DNA of 64,000 nt from Candidatus Korobacteraceae bacterium (GTDB taxonomy: Bacteria > Acidobacteriota > Terriglobia > Terriglobales > Acidobacteriaceae). Under the pieces are notes generated by a model, which saw only the letters and a program-made list of their open reading frames with translations, was not told where the DNA came from and made no database searches. Numbering within the stretch: position 1 is the first letter of the stretch; every line of letters starts with the position of its first letter. The DNA is taken from assembly GCA_049521655.1 (NCBI GenBank), contig JBEKOO010000002.1:84502-148501 (forward strand), read 5' to 3'. Below are positions 10,990-20,342 of the stretch, one piece after another. The position numbers and the translations under genes were made by a program.

Positions 10990-12225
10990 ATGCTCACACT
11001 CGCGCAACAAAGACGAACAATTATTACTTGCTTTCTTGGTTGGACGCTGGACGCATTCGACTTCTTTGTAATGATCTTTCTCATTACGGATTTGGCCGGG
11101 GCATTCCACGTTGGTGTTACTTCCGTTACCTGGGCAGTGACCGCGACACTTGTGCTGCGTGTTGTCGGCGCGGCGCTCTTTGGCCGTTTGGCCGACCGGT
11201 TAGGCCGTAAGCTGATCCTGATCATAAACATTTTGGCGTTTTCTGCCGTCGAACTCGCCACTGGTTTCTCGCCGACCTTGACGGTGTTCCTGATCTTGCG
11301 GGCCTTATTCGGCATTGCAATGGGAGGACAATGGGGAGTTGCGGCATCGTTGACGATGGAGAGCATCCCAGCTCACTGGCGTGGCTGGGCCTCTGGCCTG
11401 TTGCAGTCCGGCTATTCTGTCGGCTATATGCTGGCTGCAGTTTATTATGGCTTTGCCCATGACCTCCTGGGTTGGCGCGGCATGTTCATCGTAGCGGTTG
11501 TACCCGCTTTGCTTGTCGTTCTTCTCGCCTCCACCGTTCCGGAAAGCCCAGTGTGGCAACAACAGCGGCTAAAGAAACAAGCCAGCCTGGCGACGGTCGT
11601 CCGTACCAACTGGAAGCTGTTCCTCTACGCCATGATCCTGATGTTCGCCGCCGCCACCATGAGTCACGGCACCCAGGATCTATACCCCGTCATGCTTAAG
11701 GTTCAGCATAGGCTGTCAATCCACCAGGTGGCGACAATCGCGACTATCTACAACATTGGCGGTTTGCTCGGCTGCCTGTGCGGCGGGATACTCTCCCAGA
11801 AAATTGGCCGCCGATGGGAGCTGGTAATAGCTTCCGCCGCTATGTTGGTCTTGATGCCGTTCTGGGGTCTCTGCTCCAGTGTTATCGCGGTCACGGTGAC
11901 GGCCTTCTTCATGCAGTTTCTGGTGCAATGTAATTTCGGTGTCATGCCGGCCCATCTCAACGAGATGTCGCCACCGGCCGTTCGCGGCACCTTTCCGGGT
12001 TTTGCCTTGCAGTTCGGCAATATGTTGGCCGCGGGTAATGCCACGGTCCAGTCGATGCTCGCCGACAGTCTCCATAAGAATTATGGTGTAGCGCTGTCGC
12101 TCGTCGCCGGACTTGGCGCCATCGCGTTCTGTCTACTAGCGTATTTCGGCCCCGACGCACGCGATGTCAAAATGAGTGATGAGTCAGTTCCTGTATCCGC
12201 CACCGCTGGGGCGGCGCGCGGCTGA
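10990..12225 (+). CDS. MFS transporter (sugar-acid / organic-anion type by context)
   Basis: 411 aa with about 12 hydrophobic segments and the MFS loop motif GRLADRLGRK. Confidence 0.8.
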   Translation: MLTLAQQRRTIITCFLGWTLDAFDFFVMIFLITDLAGAFHVGVTSVTWAVTATLVLRVVGAALFGRLADRLGRKLILIINILAFSAVELATGFSPTLTVFLILRALFGIAMGGQWGVAASLTMESIPAHWRGWASGLLQSGYSVGYMLAAVYYGFAHDLLGWRGMFIVAVVPALLVVLLASTVPESPVWQQQRLKKQASLATVVRTNWKLFLYAMILMFAAATMSHGTQDLYPVMLKVQHRLSIHQVATIATIYNIGGLLGCLCGGILSQKIGRRWELVIASAAMLVLMPFWGLCSSVIAVTVTAFFMQFLVQCNFGVMPAHLNEMSPPAVRGTFPGFALQFGNMLAAGNATVQSMLADSLHKNYGVALSLVAGLGAIAFCLLAYFGPDARDVKMSDESVPVSATAGAARG

Positions 12226-12416
12226 GGCGGTGGGTGTGGCTTGCTGGTACCGCTCCTAGAACCTCCGAGGGGTGAGTCTTGCTCGGCGCGGTACTGGCAG
12301 GGGTTTCCTGGCTTTTGGTTTTAATCTTGAGCTGTTTGCGAGTGGGTGGATGCTGATGTGCTTCCCGGCGTGAAGCCGCCGGAGCCTGCACAATCGCGTC
12401 GCTCTGGCAGCATCGC

Positions 12417-13853
12417 TTATTCGAGCTCCGGGCGTTTGGAGACGGAGATGACCTGGGGCTCGGATAGAGGGCGGCCCATGCTGTAGTAGTGGAAGCCAGC
12501 CTCGGCCATTTTTTTCAGGCTAAAAAGGTTACGTCCGTCGATGACGACGGGATAGCGCATGAGCTGGCGCAGGCGGTCGAGATCGAGCGCGGCAAATTGC
12601 GGCCACTCGGTCACTACCAGCAACGCATGAGCGTCACGAGCCGCGTCGAACTCGTCGCCGGCATAGCGCAGAGTGTCATGCGGCGGCAAAGCGATCCGTG
12701 CCTTCTCCATCGCGGCCGGATCGTAAGCGGAAACCACGCATCCCTCGGCAAGCAGATTCTTGATCATGCTGATCGAGGGTGATTCGCGAATATCGTCAGT
12801 GCCTCCCTTGAAGGCCAGGCCGAGAACGCCGATGTGCTTGCCCTTGAGGGTCCAGAGAGCGCTGCGAAGCTTACGGAGAAAGCAAAGCTGCTGTTTTTCG
12901 TTGATTTTTTCGACGACTTTGAGCAGATCGAAATCGTAGCCGACGGATTCGGCAATCTTGTAGAAAGCACGCACATCCTTGGGAAAACAGGAGCCTCCAT
13001 ACCCGATTCCCGCACTCAGGAAGCGCGGGCCGATGCGCGAGTCGGTGCCAATGCCGTTGGCCACCTCTTCCACATCCGTGCCGACCAGTTCGCAGATGTT
13101 GGATACGGCATTGATGAAGGAAATCTTCAGCGCCAGGAAGGCATTGGAGGCGTGCTTGATCAGTTCGGCGCTCTTAGCGCTGGTCTCCAGGTAGCAAACT
13201 CCGCCGCTAAGATCCCGCGGACCGGGAACGTGATCGTGGCGGGCGAAGTAACTGCCGTCGATGAGCGGCTGATAGACCCGGCGCAGCAGGGCGCGCGCGC
13301 GCTCGGTTTCCGCCCCGACGACGATCCGGTCGGGATAGAGGAAGTCCTCGATGGCCGTGCCCTCGCGCAGAAACTCCGGATTGGAAACCACGTCGAAGTT
13401 CGCGTCGCTGGCGCCGTTGAAGCGGAGAGTGCGGCTGATCCACTGGCTGGTAAGCACGGGAACCGTGCTCTTCTCAACCACTACCTTGTAATCGTGGAGT
13501 TCGGTGGCGATTTCACGAACCGATGCCTCGACGTAGGAAAGATCGGCTTCTCCGGTTGCGGACTGCGGCGTGCCGACGGCGATAAAGATCACCTGCGCCT
13601 GGCGCACCGCGGAGAGAAGATCGGAGGTAAAGACCAGGCGATGGTCGCGGTGGCGGGCCAGCAACTCAGGCAACCGCTCCTCATAGATCGGAACACCGCC
13701 CGAGTGCAGTTCTTCTACCTTGGTCCGGTCATTGTCCACGCAGATTACCGAGTGACCGATCTCTGCAAAGCAGACGGCGGCGATCAACCCGACATAGCCG
13801 GAGCCGACGACCGCGATGGTTAACGAGGGACTGAGTTGAGGCAGAGACTCCAC
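12417..13853 (-). CDS. ugd: UDP-glucose 6-dehydrogenase
   Basis: IAVVGSGYVGL Rossmann fold and catalytic GGSCFPKD. Start moved to the GTG at 13853, which is preceded by AAGGA. The ORF track extends to 13898. Confidence 0.85.
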   Translation of the reverse strand: MESLPQLSPSLTIAVVGSGYVGLIAAVCFAEIGHSVICVDNDRTKVEELHSGGVPIYEERLPELLARHRDHRLVFTSDLLSAVRQAQVIFIAVGTPQSATGEADLSYVEASVREIATELHDYKVVVEKSTVPVLTSQWISRTLRFNGASDANFDVVSNPEFLREGTAIEDFLYPDRIVVGAETERARALLRRVYQPLIDGSYFARHDHVPGPRDLSGGVCYLETSAKSAELIKHASNAFLALKISFINAVSNICELVGTDVEEVANGIGTDSRIGPRFLSAGIGYGGSCFPKDVRAFYKIAESVGYDFDLLKVVEKINEKQQLCFLRKLRSALWTLKGKHIGVLGLAFKGGTDDIRESPSISMIKNLLAEGCVVSAYDPAAMEKARIALPPHDTLRYAGDEFDAARDAHALLVVTEWPQFAALDLDRLRQLMRYPVVIDGRNLFSLKKMAEAGFHYYSMGRPLSEPQVISVSKRPELE

Positions 13854-13953
13854 ACATTTCCTTGTATACGAAAAGTGGTACGCCCGCAAGCCTCGCACCG
13901 CCGCCTGCGGGCCTGGAGTTCAATCTTGCGAGCGCAATATAAGCTACTCGCAA

Positions 13954-13993
13954 AGAAAAACGGCGCCTCATCGGATGCGATGGCGGCGCCGCT
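13954..13993 (-). terminator. Intrinsic terminator candidate for the 14018-15013 gene
   Basis: Minus-strand hairpin CGGCGCC…GGCGCCG (13961-13991) followed by UUUUU (13956-13960). Confidence 0.5.
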
Positions 13994-14017
13994 TCTGGTC
14001 TTGCCTCGAATGCTTGG

Positions 14018-15013
14018 CTACTTCTCCAACACAATCAGCTCAAATGCGCCGGGCTTGCCGGAGGCGTCGGCTGCGGCGTTGGCCACCGTGTACAGCACAT
14101 GCCGGCCAGGGTCGAGCGCCATGGTGCGTGCGCCCTTCTGGGTGGGAACATTGGCCAGGCTGGTGTACTTGTCCGGACCTTGCTGCCGAATGACGGAGAT
14201 GTTGCCTTCGCCGTTGGAGGTAAAGACCAGCCCTGCCTGTTGGTCGTAGGCGGCGGCATCCACGCCATTGCCGATGGCAAGCGTCTGCACCACCCGGCCT
14301 GAGTCTGTGTCCATCACCACCAGGGTAGCGTTGTGGCAGCCGGAGAAGAGACGGTGGTTGACGAGGTCCACGGCGAGCCCGGTCGGCTCCTCGCAGCCGG
14401 TCAGCGGCCAGCTCGCCAGCACCTTGCGCGCCGCCACGTCGATGACGGCAATCTCGCTCTTGTCTTCCAGGTTGACGAAGACTTTGCCCTTGCCGTCGGA
14501 GATGCCGGTCTCCGGCTTGCCCGCCAGCGCGATAGTGGCGACGGTCGCGGCCTTTGCAGGATCGATCAGGGTTGCGTCGTTGCTATTTCCGTTGAAGGTG
14601 AGGACCAGGCCGCTGAAGGGGTCGAAGAGGATGGCGTCGGGTTTGCCGCCGGTCTTCACTTTGGCGATAAGCGCCAGCGTCTTCAGGTCGAAGACGGTCG
14701 CCGTGTCCTCCTTGCCGTTGCTGGTGACGCCGCGTCCCAGCTTTTGGACCAGCGCCACGCCATGCACGCCGGCCGTGTTCGGAATCTCGCCCACCTGCTT
14801 GCCGCTGTCGGCGTCAATCACCATCACCCGCGTCGCCCGCGCGATGTAGATGTGGCGCGCCTGGCTGTCAAAGGTGAGGTAATCCCATCCACCCTCACCG
14901 CCCAGCGTGATGCGGCGGAAGACCTTGTAGCCCGAAGGATTTTGCGCCTGGGCTAGCGCGCCAACCAACGCCAGCAAGAGAAGTGTAAGGCAGAAATTTC
15001 GCAAGAAACGCAT
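14018..15013 (-). CDS. Secreted YncE/YVTN-type beta-propeller repeat protein
   Basis: 331 aa. Signal peptide MRFLRNFCLTLLLLALVGALAQA. Repeated …G…P.G.A.D… blades. Confidence 0.7.
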   Translation of the reverse strand: MRFLRNFCLTLLLLALVGALAQAQNPSGYKVFRRITLGGEGGWDYLTFDSQARHIYIARATRVMVIDADSGKQVGEIPNTAGVHGVALVQKLGRGVTSNGKEDTATVFDLKTLALIAKVKTGGKPDAILFDPFSGLVLTFNGNSNDATLIDPAKAATVATIALAGKPETGISDGKGKVFVNLEDKSEIAVIDVAARKVLASWPLTGCEEPTGLAVDLVNHRLFSGCHNATLVVMDTDSGRVVQTLAIGNGVDAAAYDQQAGLVFTSNGEGNISVIRQQGPDKYTSLANVPTQKGARTMALDPGRHVLYTVANAAADASGKPGAFELIVLEK

Positions 15014-15315
15014 GCATTCTCCTAATGAAATGATTCAGACTCTAGTTTGCCACATCGCCTGAACATGCAAGTTCAATCCCTCTGCAATTCATCATAGATT
15101 GATAAGACTGGCGTACGATATACGATTGAAGCTGCGTAGAAATTTCATTTCATCCGCCGCCTTTCTGCCGCTGGTGCGGATCGCACTCCGGCATGGCGAT
15201 GCCGGCAGGGAATCGTTTCACTAGTTTAGAAGCGGAGAGATGCGTAATTCTGATGGCTGCTACTTTTTTTGTCGGGAAAGAAGTTTCTATTCACCCAGCT
15301 TTGTGTTTTCGCCGA

Positions 15316-16143
15316 ATGAGCGTGGCGGCACGTTTCTTGCTGATGGCGGCGCTCCTCCTGGCTCCACTCTCGTTGCTCGCCCAGGGCGGACCACCGCTGC
15401 TGACCGACGATCCGGGGACGCCGGGGCGCAACAACTGGGAGATCAATCTCGGCTACACCATCGACCGCCAGCCCGGCGACAACTATTACGAGACTCCCAT
15501 TCTCGATATGAATTACGGATGGGGCGATCGCGTCCAGCTCAAGTATGAGATGCCGTACATCTACAACAGCACGGGTGGCGGAGCGCTTGCCTCCGGCCCA
15601 GGCGACTCGAAGTTCGGGGTCAAGATCCGCTTTTTCGAAGACAAGAAGCTTGACCTGAACATCGGCACCTATCCGCAGATCGAAATAAACAACACCAACA
15701 ATTCGGTGCACCGCGGTCTGGTCTACAAGGGACCGCTCTTCCTGCTTCCGCTTGAGGTCACCAAGAAAGTCGGGCCTGTCGATGTTGATCTGGAGGTGGG
15801 ACACTGGTTCACGCAGCAGCAGGGATACTGGATCAGCGGTCTGGCCCTCGGCCATCAGGCAACCCGGCGGCTGGAGCTTCTGGGCGAGGTTTACAGCAAC
15901 GGCACTCCCCAGGGCGAGCGCGATAATACCTTCGACTTCGGCGGCCGCTACCGTTTGAACCGGAAAGCGCTCTTCATCTTCATGGCCGGGCGCAGCTTCA
16001 GCCCGCCAAGCAGCGGCCAATCGCAGCTCATCGGGTACTTCGGAATGCAGTTCCAGCTTGGACGACACCTGCGCGACGACCCTGAAGTAGAGCAGCACAA
16101 TGCAGCGCCTTCCGCGGGAACCCTGCAAAGAAAACTTCCCTGA
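15316..16143 (+). CDS. Outer-membrane beta-barrel protein (MetA-pathway/phenol-degradation-like transporter family)
   Basis: Signal peptide MSVAARFLLMAALLLAPLSLLAQ, then LLTDDPGTPG… and alternating beta-strand patterns. Start moved from 15193 to the ATG at 15316. Confidence 0.5.
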   Translation: MSVAARFLLMAALLLAPLSLLAQGGPPLLTDDPGTPGRNNWEINLGYTIDRQPGDNYYETPILDMNYGWGDRVQLKYEMPYIYNSTGGGALASGPGDSKFGVKIRFFEDKKLDLNIGTYPQIEINNTNNSVHRGLVYKGPLFLLPLEVTKKVGPVDVDLEVGHWFTQQQGYWISGLALGHQATRRLELLGEVYSNGTPQGERDNTFDFGGRYRLNRKALFIFMAGRSFSPPSSGQSQLIGYFGMQFQLGRHLRDDPEVEQHNAAPSAGTLQRKLP

Positions 16144-16250
16144 TCAATCCGCTTACCATGGGCTGAGCCGGATTGCAGCCAGAGTAGCAGCTCCAATCTT
16201 TTGGCTGGGAAGCATGCCATCGATGGGCTGCGTCAAGTAAACTGGAGTGT

Positions 16251-17978
16251 ATGAATACAGGAATCGAGAACATTCGCAAACGCGGCAGCCGCATTATTGC
16301 CGAAGGCGCTCACATGCTGCCGGCGGCATCGCTGTTGATGGCCGAAGGCACAATCAGCTCGTTCGACGATCTGAAGAAGCCCTTCGTCACCGTCATCAAC
16401 TCCTATACCACCCAGATTCCGGGACACGCGCATCTGGACAAGATCGGCGCGATTGTGCGCGACGAGCTGAAGGCGCTCGGCTTCAACGTCTGGTACGCCA
16501 ACGTGGGCGGCGCCGTATGCGACGGCATCGCCATGGGGCACTTCGGCATGAAGTATTCGCTGGCCTCGCGTGAGCTTATTGCAGATGAGATCGAGACCAT
16601 TATCGGAGCCCATCCGTGCGATGCGTGGATCGGAATCGCCAACTGCGACAAGATCGTTCCGGCGATGTACAACGCAATGGCGCGGATCAATATTCCCGCG
16701 GTTTACCTGAGCGGCGGCCCAATGCTGGCAGGCGAAGGCGGCACCGACCTCATCACGGTCTTTGAAGGCGTGGGCAAACATAGCGTGGGCAAAATGAGCG
16801 ACGCGCAATTGCGCCACCTGGCTGAAAAAGCCTGCCCCGGATGCGGAAGCTGCGCCGGAATGTTTACCGCGAATTCGATGAACTGCCTCGGCGAGGCCAT
16901 CGGACTGTCGGTGCCGGGAACGGGGACGATTCCCGCCGAGCGCTGGGCTGACGCTGCACACAGCCGCACCGAGCCGAATCCGGAGCGCATTGCGCTGACC
17001 AAGCAGGCGGCACATGCGCTGAAGCGCTGCCTGGAGCAGAATGTGCGGCCGCTGGACATCATCACCGAGCAGTCGCTCACCAATGCCTTCGTGCTTGACA
17101 TGGCGATGGGCGGCTCCACCAACACAATTCTGCACACCCTGGCGCTGGCCTACTCGGCGGAAATTCCCTTCAAGCTCGACCGGCTGAACGCGATCTCGGC
17201 AAAGACGCCGAATATCTGCAAGGTCTCGCCGAGCCGTCCCGAGATTCACATCGAGGACGTGCATCGCGTGGGCGGGATTCCGGCGATTCTGAAGGAGTTG
17301 AATCGCGGCGGCAAAACCGAACTGAAGCTCGATGTGCCGACCGTGACCGGGCAACTGGCCGACGCCGTAATGCGCGCGCCCGATGCCGATGGCAACGTCA
17401 TACGTACGGTGGAGAATGCGTTCTCGCCGACCGGCGGACTGGTTGTGCTCTTTGGAAACCTGGCGCCGAAGGGCGCGGTGGTGAAGGTAGCGGGCGTGGC
17501 GCCGGAGATGATGGAGTACGAGGGACCGGCGCGGATTTATGAGTCGCAGGAAGATGCGTTGCAGGGGATTCTGGCGGGCGAAGTAAAGGACGGCGATGTG
17601 GTGGTGATCCGCTTCGAAGGACCGCGCGGCGGCCCGGGAATGCAGGAGATGCTCTCGCCGACGGCGGCGCTGGTGGGCTCGGGTGTTCGTGCCGCGCTGA
17701 TCACCGATGGCCGCTTCTCGGGCGGCACGCGCGGCCTCTGTATCGGCCACGTTTCGCCGGAGGCCGCGGCGGGCGGCCCGATTGCGGCGGTACACGAGGG
17801 TGACCGCATCTACATCAACGCCAAGAGCTGCCGGATTGAGTTGAAGGTGAGCGACGAGGAGTTGGAAAAGCGGCTGAAGGCTCTGCCCAAGTTCGAGCCC
17901 AAGGTGAAGCGCGGTTGGCTGGCGCGCTACCTGCACTTCGTAACCAGCGCCGACACCGGAGCGGTATTCGAGATATAG
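16251..17978 (+). CDS. ilvD: Dihydroxy-acid dehydratase
   Basis: 575 aa. VINSYT…, [26 protein letters not shown]. Confidence 0.9.
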   Translation: MNTGIENIRKRGSRIIAEGAHMLPAASLLMAEGTISSFDDLKKPFVTVINSYTTQIPGHAHLDKIGAIVRDELKALGFNVWYANVGGAVCDGIAMGHFGMKYSLASRELIADEIETIIGAHPCDAWIGIANCDKIVPAMYNAMARINIPAVYLSGGPMLAGEGGTDLITVFEGVGKHSVGKMSDAQLRHLAEKACPGCGSCAGMFTANSMNCLGEAIGLSVPGTGTIPAERWADAAHSRTEPNPERIALTKQAAHALKRCLEQNVRPLDIITEQSLTNAFVLDMAMGGSTNTILHTLALAYSAEIPFKLDRLNAISAKTPNICKVSPSRPEIHIEDVHRVGGIPAILKELNRGGKTELKLDVPTVTGQLADAVMRAPDADGNVIRTVENAFSPTGGLVVLFGNLAPKGAVVKVAGVAPEMMEYEGPARIYESQEDALQGILAGEVKDGDVVVIRFEGPRGGPGMQEMLSPTAALVGSGVRAALITDGRFSGGTRGLCIGHVSPEAAAGGPIAAVHEGDRIYINAKSCRIELKVSDEELEKRLKALPKFEPKVKRGWLARYLHFVTSADTGAVFEI

Positions 17979-18323
17979 AGCGCTTGCCGGGTTGGTCTAT
18001 CCGGCTATCGCTGCAAGCCCGCACTTGCCAGAAGCTGTTTCATAACCCGGTTTTGAAAGGGCATGGCTTCAGCCATGCCGCCAGGGAGCAGGAAGATCGC
18101 GGGCTTTAGCCCCTGAGGTAGTGCGGCGCGGAGTTCCAAGCCGGTTAGGAAATAGCTTCTAGCTGACGACGGCAAGTGTGGGGTACCCGCGCTGAATTCC
18201 AAACATCTATGGCGTGCGCTGGGTCACTGCCATACGGCGGCGTGGGCGTGTATCGTTTTGCAGTCTCCCCGGTTGGCAGGCCAGTGAATGATTGGGCCGC
18301 CTGTTCCGTGGCGCAGCCTTACG

Positions 18324-20336
18324 ATGAAAGGTTCGTTGATGGCCGCAGAAGCCGATACAAATTCACTTCCACCCAATGCCTACAAACCTCTCGGCGAGAA
18401 TGAAGTTTACTGTCCGATCATTCCCGCCGCGTCCCGCGAAGCGGAGCTGACCTGGCGCTCGATTCTGTGGGGCACCTTCCTGTGCGTCGTCTTTACGGTC
18501 GCGTCGGCATATTCGGGATTGAAGGTGGGACAGGTGATGGAGGCGGCGATCCCGATCTCGATTCTGGCGATCGGACTGGCGCGGGTCTATGCGCGGCGCT
18601 CCACCCTGCTGGAAAACGTGATTATCACCGCCATCGGCGGCTGCGCTGGCGCGGTAGTGGCGGGAGCCATCTTCACCCTGCCCGCGCTCTACATCCTCAA
18701 GCTCGATCCCAGACCGGTGCAGACCATCTTCATCTGCGTGGCGGGCGGATGCCTGGGCGTGCTCTTCCTGATTCCGCTGCGGCGCTACTTTGTACGCCAG
18801 ATGCACGGCGTCCTTCCTTATCCGGAGGCCACGGCAATCACCGAGGTTCTGGTGACCGGCGAACGTGGCGGCTCACAGGCCAAGCTGCTGCTGCAAGCAA
18901 CGCTGATCTCGGGGATCTACGATTTTTTCGTCACCACTTTTCAGGTCTGGAAGGAGTTCCTGGATTTCCAGTGGATTCCGCTGGTGAAGACCCTGGGGGT
19001 GAAGGCGCGCATCGTCGTCAGCTTTGACGCCGTCAGCTTTATCCTCGGCCTTGGCTACGTAATGGGGCTGCGCAGCTCAATGATTCTCTGCGCCGGCGGC
19101 GTGCTGGCGAACTTCGTGCTGGTTCCGCTGATATTTTTTGCCGGACAGCATGTGCTTGGCAGCGTCTATCCGGGAACGGTGCCGATTGGCGCAATGTCAG
19201 CCGTGCAGATCTATCGCAGCTACGTGCGTTTTATGGGGGTGGGCGCCATTGCGACGGCGGGAATCTTCGGCATCTTCAAGAGCCTCAAAATTGTCGCCGC
19301 CTCATTCACGATTGCCTTCAAGGCGTTTACCCGCGGCGAGGATAAGGACGTGCAGCGAACCGACCGCGACCTGCCGCTGATCTCGATTCTTTTGGGCGTT
19401 GTGGTAAGCGCAATTGCCGTGGCTGTGCTGCTGGGAAGTTTGAAGGTTAGCTGGGCGGTGCTGGGACTGGGGCTGCTGTTGACGGTGGTGTTCTCGTTTT
19501 TCTTTACGTCGGTTGCGGCCAACGCAATTGCCACCACGGCTCGCAATCCGGTCAGCGGCATGACCATGCTGACGATTATCATCTCCGCGGTTGTGCTCCT
19601 TCGCTTTGGACTCTCGGGCACCACGGGAATGTTCTTCGTGATGGCGATTGCGGGCATGGTCTGCACGGCGCTCTCGGTGAGCGGACAGACGATCACCGAC
19701 CTCAAGGCGGGCTACTGGATCGGCTCGACTCCGGCGGCGCAGGAGAAGGTGAAGTTCCTGGGCGTGATCGCGGCGGCCATCGCCGCCGGATTGACCATCG
19801 TCATGCTGGCGCGGACATTCCAGTTCGGTGAAGCGGCGATGGGCGACTTGAGGCCGGTGCTGGCTTCTCCTCAGGCTTCCATCATGAAGGCGCTGGTCGA
19901 GGGATTCATGAGCCGCCAGCCGGTGGCGTACATGCTCTTCGGCGTCGGCGCCATGATTACGATTGTGCTCGAGATGCTGGGCCAGCCATCGCTGATCTTT
20001 GCCCTGGGAATGTATCTCCCGCTGGAGCTGAACACTCCGGCGCTGGTCGGCGGCTTCCTCTCGCATCTGCTGAACAAGAAGGCAGAGAAGCGGGATGGCG
20101 AGGCCGGACGCACGATCCGCGAGCGCGGCGTGATCATTGCCTCAGGGCTGATGGCCGGAGGCGCGCTGGGCGGAGTATTCGGCGCTGCACTGCGCTTGTT
20201 CCCGTGGTTTCGCGAAGACCTTGTGAAGCTGCCGTGGTATGACACCATATCAGTCTCCGAATCGGTCTCGGCGCTGATGTTCGTCGCGCTTTGCGCGTAT
20301 GTCTGGTTTGGTTCGCTGAAGAAGATTCAGGAGTAG
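18324..20336 (+). CDS. OPT-family oligopeptide transporter
   Basis: About 670 aa and highly polytopic. N-terminus …NEVYCPIIPA…ELTWRSILWG… is typical of OPT. Start moved to the ATG at 18324. Confidence 0.85.
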   Translation: MKGSLMAAEADTNSLPPNAYKPLGENEVYCPIIPAASREAELTWRSILWGTFLCVVFTVASAYSGLKVGQVMEAAIPISILAIGLARVYARRSTLLENVIITAIGGCAGAVVAGAIFTLPALYILKLDPRPVQTIFICVAGGCLGVLFLIPLRRYFVRQMHGVLPYPEATAITEVLVTGERGGSQAKLLLQATLISGIYDFFVTTFQVWKEFLDFQWIPLVKTLGVKARIVVSFDAVSFILGLGYVMGLRSSMILCAGGVLANFVLVPLIFFAGQHVLGSVYPGTVPIGAMSAVQIYRSYVRFMGVGAIATAGIFGIFKSLKIVAASFTIAFKAFTRGEDKDVQRTDRDLPLISILLGVVVSAIAVAVLLGSLKVSWAVLGLGLLLTVVFSFFFTSVAANAIATTARNPVSGMTMLTIIISAVVLLRFGLSGTTGMFFVMAIAGMVCTALSVSGQTITDLKAGYWIGSTPAAQEKVKFLGVIAAAIAAGLTIVMLARTFQFGEAAMGDLRPVLASPQASIMKALVEGFMSRQPVAYMLFGVGAMITIVLEMLGQPSLIFALGMYLPLELNTPALVGGFLSHLLNKKAEKRDGEAGRTIRERGVIIASGLMAGGALGGVFGAALRLFPWFREDLVKLPWYDTISVSESVSALMFVALCAYVWFGSLKKIQE

Positions 20337-20342
20337 GAAATC

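Noticed and set aside
16233-17936. 567-aa ORF antisense to ilvD. Similar long antisense ORFs occur at 15226-16128, 9194-10114, 12834-13823, 44902-45858, 21381-22199, 24650-25363, 33012-34037, 58741-59469 and 54554-55246.
   Set aside because: These are shadow ORFs typical of GC-rich DNA. Their products are Arg/Ala/Gly/Pro-rich with no motifs, and each lies fully inside a gene whose product has unmistakable family signatures on the other strand.
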